From positions 229,841,741-229,905,740 of the forward strand of contig CM041465.1 in assembly GCA_023213395.1 (NCBI GenBank): 64,000 bases of DNA, in the 5' to 3' direction. Both the position numbers and the translations under genes were made by a program. Position 1 is the first letter of the stretch, and the number at the start of each line of letters is the position of its first letter. The notes under the pieces are model-generated. The model did not search any database, was not told where the DNA came from, and saw only the letters and a program-made list of their open reading frames with translations. This stretch comes from Cycas panzhihuaensis (taxonomy: Eukaryota; Plantae; Cycadophyta). Positions 51,319 through 64,000 of the stretch are shown piece after piece.

Positions 51319-52580
51319 TGTTACAGTAAGGCATACAATGGAGATCAAAATTTGATGGATTAATCTATCAGACATTAGAAAATTAATTTCAAAACATTTG
51401 ATAAAATCTCATTCCAATGAATATCTCTCATTACAATGCCATTACACTAACCCTTACTCTTCTCTTATAATTTTTACAAATGGATTATATGTATCTAAAT
51501 ACATCATTAAAATAGAATATTAATCCTACTTAAATAACACATGTGGAGTGAGAGTCGTAACACCCATTGACTCATCATTCACATGCATTAAAAAAATCTA
51601 AACCTAATATAATACAAATATTAAGGGGAGGCTCATAATCCAAAGTTATGAGCCTGAAACAAACATTAATATTTAACACTCCCCCTTAATGTTTATTTCA
51701 TTTTTCCTTACACTTAAACAATCCTTGAGAGTTCGGAATCTATCACGTGCTAGTGGTTTAGTGAAAATGTTATCCAATTCTTCTTCTATCAGCCTATACA
51801 CCATCATAATCACACCTTTTTTAATTAATTCTCGAATAAAGTGATGTTTCACCTTAATATGTTTGGTGCAAGCATGGAATACAGGATTTTTTGTAATCTT
51901 CAAAGTACTCTAATTGTTACAACACAAGACAATTGATTCTAAGTGTTGTAGTTCCATGTCCTTTAGAATTTATCGTAACCAAATGGCTTTAGTAGTTGCT
52001 ACAACTGCAACCTTATACTCTATTTTAGTAGAGAATAAAGCAACATTTGATTGTTTTTTACTATTCCGTGTAATGATACCTGAACCCAAAGTGAAACAAT
52101 ATCCAAAAATCAACCTTCTGCTATATGTGCATCTAGCCTAATCAGAATCAGTGAATCTTGTCAACTTGAAACTATCATTATGCTAGAATTTAAATCCATA
52201 GTGAATCATCTCTTTCAACTATTTGAAGATCCTCTTTGCAGCTTTCCAGTGACTCTATTTTGGTGCTGCCATAAATCTAAACACCATTCCAATTGCAAAA
52301 GATATATCAGGTCTGCCAGTAATCAAGTATATTAGACTTCCCACTAGTTGCTTGTACAGTATTGAATCAACATTTGCTCCACCATCTGACATTCTTAATC
52401 TGGAACTTGTCTCCATGGGGGTAGGTGCAAATTTACAGTCATCCATTCTAAATTTCTTCAAAAATTTTGAAATGCACTTTACTTGCAAGATGAAGATATG
52501 CTCAAGCCTTTGCCATCCTTCCACTCCAAGGAAGTATTATATAATCCCTAGATCAGTCATCTCGAAGAAATGACTAAGAT
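51319..52580 (-). mobile_element. Copia-I 3' part (3' LTR 51319-51678, RH, RT end)
   Basis: PPT (reverse complement CTCCCCCT) at 51679-51686. KNPVFHACTKHIKVKHHF and LVGSLIYLITGRPDI. Confidence 0.85.
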
Positions 52581-52589
52581 CTACCTCAA

Positions 52590-55500
52590 GATGAGACCGC
52601 TCCAGAAATTTCTCTTCATACATTGGCAGGATTACAATCTCCTCAAACAATGAAAATCAAGGGACACTTCAAAGGCCAAACTATCATAGTCCTCAGACTC
52701 AAGGAATACCCATATTTTCATTGATCCCAAAGTTGCAAAGTTGGCATATTGTTTCATATATCCATGCAACAACTTTGAAGTTATGGTGGCAAATGGGGGA
52801 AAGTTGGCCTGTAAAGGCAAATGTCATAACGTCAAACTCTCCATAGGAGATTATGTCCTTAAGTCTGACATGTACACCCTTGCTTCAGGAGGATGTGATG
52901 TTGTTTTGGGCACACAATGGTTACATACCTTGGTCCCCATCCTTTGGGATTTTTTGCACCTATGGATGTAATTCACACTTGAGGGACACCAGTAGAAGCT
53001 ACAGGACCTATAAGTAGGGCCTTCCAAGGTGGTTAGTTCTCATCGCATTAAGAAAATGATCAAAAAGGGTTCTTATGGTATGATGGCCCAACTCTACTCA
53101 TTAGCCATCCTTGGAAATGATACCTCAGCTACTTCGCCAATTCTTCAGGATATCTTTATCAAGCATGAGCAAGTATTTAATGAACCTAAGGGACTTCCCC
53201 CTCGCCAACTTTAGGATCATGCAATCCAACTTCTACTTAGAAGTCAACCACCAAATATTCAGCCATATAGGCACCCACATTTTCAAAAATCAGAAATTGA
53301 AAATTTGGTGAATGAAATGTTGAAAGTCGGGGTTATTCAACCAAACAACAGTTCCTACTATTCTCCCGTACTATTGGTTCAAAAGAAAGATGACTCTTAG
53401 CAAATGTGTGTAGATTTTCAGGCCCTTAACAAAGTGACTATAAAAGATAAATTTTCCATTCCAGTTATTGATGAGCTATTAGATGAGTTACATGGAGTTC
53501 ATTTTTTCTCACAATTGCACCTCTGATCTGGCTATCACCAAATTCGTCTCCATCCAGAAGATATTCCAAAGACTGCCTTCTACACACATGAAGGGCATTA
53601 TGAATTTTTGGTCATGCCATTTGGGCTCACAAATGCCCCTTCAACATTTCAAGGCTTGATGAATCTCATCCTTTGACCCTACTTTCGCAAATTTGTGTTG
53701 GTCTTTTCTAATGATATCTTGGTCTATAGCACCTCTTGGGCAGACCATTTACAACACCTTGACAAGACGTTGCAACTTCTCCAAGACAACCACCTGTTTG
53801 TAAAACACTCCAAGTGTGTCTTTGGGCAAACTGAGGTAGAATATTTGGGGCACATCATGTCCTTTGAAGGAGTTAAAGTTGACCCTAGAAAAATTGAAGA
53901 CATGCTCTCTTTGCCAATCCCTACCACCATTCAAAGTCTTTGTGGATTCTTGGGACTCATTGGATACTACAGAAAGTTTGTGCATGGATACGGGAAATTG
54001 GCAACACCCCTCATGACCCTATTAAAGAAACATGCATTTCATTGGACACCAGCGGCACAAGAGCCATTCAATGCCCTCAAACAGGCCATGTGAACTGCTC
54101 TAGTATTTGCCACTCTAGACTTCTCCAAGCCTTTTGTCACTAAGAACGATGGTTTAGGCACAGGTATTGGTGTTGTCTTAATGCAGAATGGGCAACCCTT
54201 GGCCTTCACAAGTCATGCAATTTCTAGGAAAAATCTTACCAAATCTACTTATGAAAAAGAAATGATGGCCATCTTGCATGCAGTCACCCACTGGCGACCT
54301 TATCTAATCGAACGACACTTCATCATTAAGACTGATCATTTAAGTCTTAAGTACCTCTTAGAGCAGCGTATATCTACCCCTGAACAACAAAAATGGACCG
54401 CAAAATTATTAGGATATGATTATGAAATCTAATATAGAAGGGGCAAAGAAAATGTGGTAGTTAATGCTTTATTGCGCCGCTTTGAAGAATCAATCACTCT
54501 TCAAGCAGTCTCCTCCCCTATTCTGGATTGGCTACAAGACATCTAGCAAGAGTACAAAGATGATGTACCCACCCAAAATCTCATCCACGAGATACTCACA
54601 AGAGGAACATACTTTGTTGATTACTCATGGGACGGTCAGGTATTTCGTTACAAAGGTCGCGTAGTCCTCCTTCCCACCTCTATCTCTAAACAAAGGATTT
54701 TAACAGAACTACATGCATCACCAGCGGTCGGACACTCGTGCTTCCTAAAGACTTATGAGCGGGTATCTCAAAACTTTTATTGGCACGGCATGAAGGGAGA
54801 TATTTGACAGTTTGTTGTAGAATGTGACACTTGTCAACGACACAAAGGGAAACGATTGCTTCACCTAGCCTACTCCAACCACTGCCCGTACCCTCCAAAC
54901 CTTAGGTTGATATCTCAATGGGTAAATCAGTCATTATGGTTGTGGTGGATCGCCTCTCGAAGTATGCCCACTTCTTGGCACTAGCTCATCCTTATAAGGC
55001 TACCACTGTGGTACAAGTATTCACTTACCAAATTTTTCGTCTACATGGCATGCCTGCATCCATTGTCAGTGATTGTGATCCCACTTTCACTAGTAAGTTT
55101 TGGCAAAAATTCTTTAAACTACAAGGGACCACACTCAAGATAAGCTCCACATATCATCCCTAAATAGATGGCTAGACTGAAGTTGTTAACAAATGCCTTG
55201 AAACCTATGTCTGATGTTTTGCATCCACTCAGGCATCACAATGGGCACATTGGTTACCGTTGGCAAAATGGTGGTACAATACCTCTTTTCATACAACCAC
55301 AAAGATGTCTCCTTATGAGGTTGTGTATGGACAGCCGCCACCTACATTGTCTTCTTACATTTCGGGCAGTGCATGACTCCATGTTGTTGATTCTACTCTT
55401 CATGATCAAGAGGAAATCCTCAAAACCCTTTAGCATAATCTCCACACGACGCAACATCGGATGAAACAACAGGTAGACCAACATTGAACATAACGCATCT

Positions 55501-56264
55501 TCAACATTGATGACATGATTTTCCTCCGACTCCAGCCATATTAACAAACATCATTGAAGCTCAAAGGCATCCAAAAGTTAGCACCCCGATTCTATGGGCC
55601 TTAGTACTACAGTGGATTAGGGTTACATCTTATAAGTTGCAACTTCCTCCTTCATCTAAAATCCATGTAGTATTTCATATATCTTGTCTAAAGAAGGTTC
55701 TTGGCGTCGGCATCACTACCTAGACACAGCTTCCAGAGTTTGAGGATGATGGATCCTTACTGCTCATTCCTAAGGCAATCCTCGATAAACGAACACGCCA
55801 CCTATGACATCACACAATCAGAGGGTTCTAGTTCAATAGAAAGGCCCACAACTGAAGGATGCAACATGGGAGTCTCTTCATCAATTCCACTCGGATTATC
55901 CTCAATTCAAGCTTTGAGGGCAAAGCCTTTCAAAGGAGGGAGCCATGTTAGGACCCTATGTCCTAACTATTCTATAGTATTAGTCTATAGTCATTATTGT
56001 ATTAGTCATAACTCAATGTACGGGCAAGACCCAATTTTATTCCACATGCATTAGCTGTGGTTTGTGTAGGGGTAGTGACTTAGGATATAAAGATGGCATT
56101 GTATTGTAAAGGGACATCTTGGAAGTATTGTAATAGAACTTCGCTCATAGGAGGGTGCCCCCTTGAAGAAGCCCGTAATCTGTAAGTGTGATCAATAAAG
56201 TTCTCTTTTTCAATTATTCTTGTATTCTTTGCATGCTTTTGTACTGATTTGTGAAGCAAGAACA
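52590..56264 (+). mobile_element. Gypsy-J, 5'-truncated chromovirus (PR-RT-RH-INT-chromodomain, 3' LTR 55946-~56264), Reina-like
   Basis: [21 protein letters not shown]-like, TYEKEMMAI, VVVDRLSKYAHF and a chromodomain-like DATWE near 55860. PPT AAAGGAGGGAG precedes TGTTAGG. Confidence 0.88.
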
Positions 56265-56499
56265 CTGCAAATGAACACCAAAAGAGTACCGAAGAACCTT
56301 ATCTTAATAAATGAAACAATAATCAATATCTTTACAAGTAATCTCTGACCCTTAAATAAACAAAAAGAGGGTCTTTCTTCTGCAATCCTATTGGCAGCCT
56401 TAATAGCCTTATATATCATTGGAGAGCTTAACAGCCCACGCACAAAACTTAATAGTTAACATCAATACTTAACCATTTGACGATTTCCACACGTTAGTA

Positions 56500-56539
56500 C
56501 CTCCTTCCACCTAAGAAGTGCCTCCTTCCACCTAAGAAG
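56500..56539. repeat. 19-bp direct duplication CCTCCTTCCACCTAAGAAG
   Basis: Copies at 56500-56518 and 56521-56539. Confidence 0.85.
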
Positions 56540-56623
56540 ATAAAGTTATGTTATAGAGGTGGCTATCATAATTACACAAATCAGTATTATGATGAAAAAA
56601 TGTTTTGTGCATATCATAGTAGC

Positions 56624-59600
56624 TGTTGAAAATTAGACCATCAATTAATGAAGAAGGATAGAATCTCTCTTGATTATTGATGGAGGGAGACCTCCTTTAA
56701 ATACAACAGACTGTGTAACTATTATGTGGTTATTACATTAAAATATATGAGTTAAGAATAAATGAGGGTCTTAACACGTTGCCCCTCTTCTTTAATGATC
56801 CCAGGATAAACATTACATTCTAACACCCTCTCTTAATGTTTTATTCTTTGTACTCCTATTTTTTCTCTAAGAGTTTGAAATTTCTCCTTTCTAAGAGAAT
56901 TTGTTAAGATATTTGCAATTTGATCTATTGTTGGACAATATGTTAGATCTATTTCTCTATTTTGCACCTTTTCTCGAATGAAGTGATGATGCACGTCTAT
57001 GTGCTTTGTTCATGCATGCAAAATAGGGTTCCTGGTAGTTTGATTGCACTTTGATTATCACAGAGCAATGTTGTTGGTTCTTATTGCAATTGATTCATGT
57101 CCTTCAGTAGTTGCTTGAGCTAGAGAGCCTCACATGTTGCGTTGATAGCTGATTTGTATTCCGCCTCAGTTGAAGAGAGTGCAATCGTTGGTTGCTTCTT
57201 GCTACACCATCAAATTGTAGTTGAACCCAAAAAGAAACAATGTCCACTAGTGGATCTTCTAGTTTCTTTATCTCCTACCCAGTCAAAGTCACAATATCCA
57301 ATTAATTTAGTTGACTCTTCTTTGTTGTATACCAATTTGAGATCTGTAGTTCCTTTCAGGTATCTGAGTATCCTTTTTGCAGCCTTTCAGTGCTTCATTT
57401 TTGGTTCCTGCATGTATCTGGAAACCAAACTTACCGAATGTGATATGTCGGGTCTTGTGGCAGTAAGATAAATGAGACTCCTGATCAGTCATCTGTATAG
57501 TGTACAATCAATTAAAGGCTCCTTTTCTTCTAGGACTAGATTACAGTTAACCTCCATGGGTGTTTCACATTCATTGCAGTTTTCCATTTGGAATTTGATC
57601 AACAAATCTCTAATGTATTTGCCTTATGAGAGTGCAATGAACTTTTCATTTTGTTTGATTTTTATTCCCAAGAAGTAGTTCAAGGAACCTAAGTTAATCA
57701 TTTCAAAATCTTTTTCCAACTGATTTTTTATATTTGAGATAGACTTGATGTCATCTCCAGCGAGTATCATGTCATCAACATAGACTATTATAATTGAAAT
57801 TTTTCCATCATTCCTTTTTATGTAGAGACTAGAATCAGAACTACACCTTTGAAAACCATTTTGGGAGAGATGTTTGTCCAGTTTTGCATACCATGCCCTG
57901 AGAGCCTACTTCAATCCATATAATACCTTTTTGAGTTTACATACTAGATGTTCTTGACCTAGTTGAACATAGCCCTCTAGTTGCTGCATGTAAACTTCTT
58001 CCTCCAATTCTCCATTTAGAACAGCACTTTAACATCCAGTTGGTAAATTTTCCAGTTGCTCTGAGCTGTTAGTGCTATCACTATTCGAACTGTGTTCATT
58101 TTTGCCACTGGTGAGAATGTCTCATCGAAGTCAATTTCAGCAGTCTGAGTGTACCCTTTTGCCACAAGTCTAGCTTTGAATTTTTTTATGTTTCCATCTA
58201 CACCTTCCTTGATTTTGTACACCCATTTGCAATTGACTACAGATTTGTTTGAAGGCAGTTCTACTAGGTCCCAGGTCTAATTTTTATTAATGGCATCTAT
58301 TTCTAAATCCATAGCGGCTCTCCATTCTACATGCCTTTTTGCTTCATCAAATGATTCTGGTTGCATCCTACTGAAGAGTGCTTGATGTTGCTGACTTCTG
58401 GTTCTATGTGAGAATATATCTCCTTTTCCTTCTTTTATGGTTTTAATGTACTATTTTGGTACCTTTTTCTATGGTGCTTTAGAGGTGGATTCCTTTGAAG
58501 AAAGTTCTTCTTCAATGTGAGGATCAGATTTTGATTCTTTCATCTTGGTTTCTATAGTCACTCCTGATTCTTCAGTAAATAGTTCTTCTTGCGGTTCAAT
58601 TCTAGATACTTCTTCAATTGATTGTACTGAAGATTTGTCTTCAGACAAGATTTCTTCATTGAAGACTATATCTCTACTTATATAAATTTTATTGGTCTTA
58701 GTGTCTATGCATTTGTAAGCTTTTGAGTTTTTATTGTATCCAACCATAACACATTCTATACATTTTGAGTCTAGCTTGGTTTTATTTTTATCTAGAATAT
58801 GTACAAAGGCTTGACAACCAAAGATTTTCAGGTTACTTACATCATGCTTCCTGCCAGTCCATGCTTCTTTTGGTGTTATCTACTACAACGCTGTTGTTGG
58901 ACTCTGGTTGATCAAATAACAAGTTGTGTTTACTGCCTCTGCCCAATAAGTTTTCAAGATTTGCTTTTCATGGATCATACTTCAAGCCATTCCCATTAAG
59001 GTTTTGTTCTTTCGTTCAACTATACCATTCGACTGGGGTGTATAGGGAGTTATGAACTATCTTCGAATGCCCCTAGCTTTGCAGAAGTCTAAGAACTCTT
59101 TTGAGATATATTCCCCTCCATTATCTGACTTGATACATTTAATTTTCTATCCAAATTTTAATTCTACTTCAGCCTTGAATTCTTTAAATGTATCAAACAC
59201 GTCTGACTTATTCTAGATAAAATACACCCATACGTTTCTGGTGAAGTCATCAATAAAGGTCAGAAAATATCTAGAACCATTTACGGACCACATAAGTCTG
59301 TGTGTATTAGTTCTAATTTTTCTTGGGCATGCCATTCATTGGTTTGAAAAGGAAAACGGTATTGTTTTCCACATTGACAGCCTTTGCAAACAATTTTTTC
59401 TGTGGAGATAGAGGGAAGACCATTTACCGCATTGTTCTTTTTCATCATTTCTAATTTATCCAGGGGAAGATGTCCATACTTCAAATGCCACACTTTATTA
59501 TTATTGAGGTTTACAGTAGAAAATGTTTTTACATCTATATTTGGATCAATAGGAATAGATAACAATTTGTACAAATCATTGTCTTTTACTCCTTTAGCAA

Positions 59601-61822
59601 TGATGTCGCCTCCATGTCCAACACATAGCACATGCCCTTTTCATCAAAAATGGTCCTTAGACCTTTGTTGCTTAGCTGAGATACTGACAAGAGTTTCATC
59701 TTGAGTTCGAATACAAAGAGTATGTTACCAATTTTCTTCACAGAACCTTGCAAATTTACGGCAATGGTTCCTACCCCTTCAATGCTCAAGGGATACTTAT
59801 CTCCAAGCTCAATAGCTTTAGATAAATAGGTTTTGATTGACTCGAACCAATCCTTTATGTTTGTCATATGTCGTGATGCTCCTGAGTTAATAAACCATAC
59901 ATTGGAGTCATGTAGACTTGTTGATAGGGTTGTGACAAAGGCAATTTCTTCTTCTTCTTCCTCAGGTTGTTCTTTACTATAGTTCCCAACAGGTCTTTTC
60001 CCTCTTTGAATTTTTTCTCTTCGTTGGTGACATTGATATGGATAGTGTCCTGTCTGTCCGCAATGATAACAAATGTCAAATATTCAACATTGGCTTGAGA
60101 AGTGACCGGGCTTACCGCAATTGAAGCAGACCTGAGCGTCTCTAGGAGGGTACATGTGACCGCGGCCTTTGTTGTCTGACCATCTTCCACGTAAAGAAGT
60201 TTGGGGTTCTGAAGAGCATCCTTTGCCTCTAAATCGGCCTCTTCCTTTTGAGCTGCCTAGGTTCAATTTTGTTACAAAGGCATCTTCAAATTCATCTTTG
60301 TACCTTTTGTTCCCTTGTTCCTATCTCAGCAACATACCGGTCAGTTCATTAAGTGATATTTCTTCGATTATACTAGTATTGGTTATTGTGTTAATGGTTA
60401 TGTCAAAAGCCCTGGGAAGTTTTCTTGCTATCATTTCAACGATTTCCTTTTCTGAGATAATTGCACCAGTGTTGAGAAGCTCATTCTGGATCATGGTGAC
60501 TCTATGGATGAAGTTTGCTATAGTGTTCATTTCTTTCATAGTTATTTAAACAGTTCTTCCTTTAAAGTAATGATCCTTGCTCTATTCTTTTGGGCATATA
60601 GATTTTCTAGAGTTTTTCATATTTAAGAGCAAGTATTTGATTTATCAGTATATACCAACAAATGAACAAAAACAGACAATTTAAGAATTATTACTCCTAT
60701 GTTATTCCTTTCTTTCCAATTTTTTTGAGCATTACCTTCGGCTTCAGGCATTTGTTCTTCTCCTATGGTCAGTTCCCAAGCATTTTTTGCATGTAGGAGG
60801 GCTTTTACTTTGATTCTCCATATGCGGTAGTTGTTCCCAGTCAATTTATCTATGTCATTAAGGCCCAAAATTGAAGATGCCATGATTATACTGGTTAGGA
60901 ACAGATTTGAGAGGCTAAACATAATCAAATTCTGAAGATCATAGAAGTTGAAGTTTGTGAACAGGGGTGGACCGTACGGTCGTACGAATTTCCGTACAAA
61001 AAATGAAGGTGTACGGATCAGAAAAAAGAGTATACCAAATGAAAGATCTTTTCGAGAGGAATTTGAATCTGTGATTATTTTTCAGAAACAATTTTTCTAC
61101 TGAGAGAAAACAGGCTCGAAAAGCTAAAATGGGCGGCTAGGGTTTGAGGAGAAAATGCTCATAACTTCATGAATCTGCTATGAAACCTCTCGAAATTGGA
61201 CTCAAAATTTCAGTAATCCAAAAACACAGAGTTTAGGAGTGATTTTACTTGAAGATCCGAGAGATTTTGAAAGAAAATTGCAAAAAAAGGCCAAATCTAT
61301 GCAGACTGGCAAAGTGAGTAAAACAGCCTCAAAATGGCTCCAAATGACTTTGACCCTATTGAGAAAGATGTTGCTCTCACAGAGATCTATTTGCTGATCA
61401 AATTTTGTTCAATTCTAACAACCTTGAGAAATTAGTCTGTACATGTTCGTACAGGTCCGTACAGTGAAGAATTTGTAGTCCTTTTTTCTCTCCTGATCTT
61501 TTGTTTGATAATTGAATTAATCTGGACCTCTTAAAAGATAATTGTACTTGAGTTGATTCAGTCTCCCAAAATCTTTAGACAAATTCCTTCAAATGGTCAG
61601 AGTTCCAACTTTGATACCATGTTGAAAATTAGGCCATCAATTAATGAAGAAGGGTAGAATCTCTCTTGATTATTGATGGAGGGAGACCTCCTCTAAATAC
61701 AATATACTTTGTAACCGTTATGTGGTTATTACATTAAAATATATGAGTTAAGAACAAATGAGGGTCTTAACATGTTGCCCCTCTTCTTTAATGATCCTAG
61801 GATAAAACATTACATTCTAACA
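56624..61822 (-). mobile_element. Copia-K, full-length, same family as Copia-1, M and D
   Basis: LTRs at 56624-56825 and 61620-61822. TSD GTAGC at 56619-56623 and 61823-61827. PBS (reverse complement) ends at 61619, PPT at 56826-56834. Decayed gag-pol at about 56833-60883. Confidence 0.96.
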
Positions 61823-62700
61823 GTAGCAGTAGCAATAGCACTTGGATGGTCAACTCAAGTGCATCTCATCATATGACTAGAGATGTTGATTTGTTGCATG
61901 ATATTAGTGAAAGCAAGTTCAAATGACCTTGCTCATACACTTTCCACTGGTGATGCATTCTTGGCTCCTTCAATGCCCAAAAATCTGCTATCTATTAGCC
62001 AACTTGATAAGAAATATATAAGCATATTGTTTAAGAATGGAAAATGTATAATTAGTGATAAATATGATCAAGTGATTACTATTGATCATGAAGACCATGG
62101 ACTTTACAAACTGGATGCATCTCAAGCAACATTTCATACTTCACAAGCCTATTTTACTCAGTCTTTGACTAAGGAGAAATTATGGCACAATAGACTAGAT
62201 CATTTGAACCTAGAGAGCATCAAACTCATATTCCGCAAAAACATGGTGTTTGGCTTACCTAAAATTTCAGCAAGTAAGTGCCTTTATGAGACGTATATCA
62301 CGGGGAAACAACACAAAGAGCCTTTTCAAAAAGCAAAGCATGGCGAGATACACAACTATTGCAACTGGTTCACACTGATATTTGTGAACCCATGTTCACA
62401 CAATCTTTTAGAGGAGCATCCTACAACATCACCTTCATCGATGACTTCTCTCATAAGGTTTGGATATATTGCATTAAGCATAAATCTAAAAGCATTGACA
62501 GAATTTAAAGAATTCAAACTTGCAGTTGAGAAGAAATCAGACATTCAAATTAAAATTTTGCATTATGATAATGGAGGTGAATTTGCTTCAAAAGAATTCA
62601 ACCAATTCTGCATAGATCATGGTATTAAGCAACAACTCACTGATCTATACACACCACAGCAAAATAGAGTAGCTAAGAGGATGAACAGGGCCAACAGAGC
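61823..62700 (+). pseudogene. pol: Copia-L fragment (PR, GAG-pre-integrase, INT), host of Copia-K
   Basis: WMVNSSASHHMT, LWHNRLDHLN and DNGGEFASKEF..TPQQNRVAKRMNR. Confidence 0.85.
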
Positions 62701-62795
62701 CAAAATTATGTGTTAAAACATAGGGTATCAAAGATTGCCCTTGAAACCATGATGAAAATATTAATCGAAACTAATGATATAAGTTTCATGATTAA

Positions 62796-64000
62796 AATAC
62801 TCACCATGACTGAAATATGACTACTCAACGTGATGTCTTAATGATTCTAACAATACTGACACATTATTAATGTGATTGTATGCTCAACCTATAAGAAACA
62901 AACACATAATTGAAAAGGCTACACAACAACAAGTGATCATGATACAAGCATTAACTTGCATTATGCACATCTGCATTGTTCTGATGGTTATAAAACAAGT
63001 TGTTAGGGCGGAGAAAGTTATATAGCATGCATAGCCTACAAGCTAGAGGATTAGAAGTGTGAGAAGAATTGTCTAGATTTGCATATGAGGGATTGAAGAA
63101 ATATCATGGTGGGCATGCTTACAAAAGATTTATTGAATGTGCTACATCCTCAATGACAGGATGACCATAAGAGATGCGAGCCATGCAGTATTTGAAACTT
63201 TGCATTGGGCAAACAATCAATCATGGAAAAGCGATAAAGCACAGGTTGAATTCTTATCTAACGTAAGGGCAATCCCTTATCAAGGATTGCAGTATAAAAA
63301 CTCTAGAAAATTCAACATGGAGAAGTCAAATATGTGCACATAAGAAGTTAGCTTTGAAAACAGAAATCCAATTGTGAGGATGGCTATAGACGAGCATAGC
63401 AAGTATCATGGAGTTATAATTTTGCCCATCCATCTGAAGTCGACTATTGGTTCTACAACATATTGACAATACGTGACCTCCTACTGAAGCAAGGTTAGTA
63501 CACATGACTGTAATGCTTGTATCTAGATAGAAGACAAGGAATCATGCACATCACTGGCCAACCTCAACATGTAACCGAATAATCTTTGTCATGATGGAGG
63601 TCTTAAAAGTAGTACAAAGCCACATTTAATCGTATCACAATAATCAAGACGACTTCAACAACAAGACTTGCAAAGTTGTTACAACAAAAACACTGACTTA
63701 CAAGGGATTTGTGCAACAATTGCAACCAACTAATCATGCCCTCACATTAGAGCATTTACATAAGAAATTCTATAAATGTGTGACAACAGGACCAGAAAAA
63801 GGAGGAAAGGTGGTGGAAAGGGTGGGGGTCAAGTCACGTTTCCTTCTCTTCTCAGAATTTTTTCTCTCTTTATTTATTCTTCTTTCTCCTTCTCCCTCTA
63901 CTGATATATGTCTACACTTGTATTTCGGGCAAAAATGTATTTTGGGTAAGAGGGAATTTACATGTGATTGCTTTACTTCCAAATTTGTGATTTCTTAAAT
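62796..64000 (+). repeat. Long dispersed repeat G, copy 2 (runs off the window)
   Basis: Colinear with 47349-48552. TATAAAT at 63771-63777. Confidence 0.8.

Noticed and set aside
336-63998. The many short antisense or off-frame ORFs in the ORF track as genes
   Set aside because: They are shadows of TE coding strands or chance ORFs in LTR and AT-rich DNA.

Overview
This is a gene-free, AT-rich land-plant window made almost entirely of nested, decayed LTR retrotransposons, and I found no intact host gene. It holds five members of one ~5.2-kb Ty1/Copia family with ~190-215 bp LTRs; the four complete ones have tRNA-iMet PBSs and 5-bp TSDs. There are also several other Copia fragments, a 5'-truncated chromodomain Ty3/Gypsy and two copies of a long LTR-like repeat. 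The main subject is a non-chromovirus Gypsy family primed by tRNA-Glu: one RT-containing host element (C), two non-autonomous Gag-PR-IN-tail elements (A, B), a solo LTR and an LTR fragment. Its LTRs appear to carry the complement of most of tRNA-Glu(CUC) in pieces. These are the PBS (acceptor end), a U5 box pairing with the 5' strand and D-arm inside a conserved stem, and a 1-6 copy, ~41-bp-period array pairing with the anticodon arm just downstream of the TATA-like box. The tRNA sequence was recalled from memory and should be verified. Coordinates were read by eye, so boundaries without a TSD are approximate.
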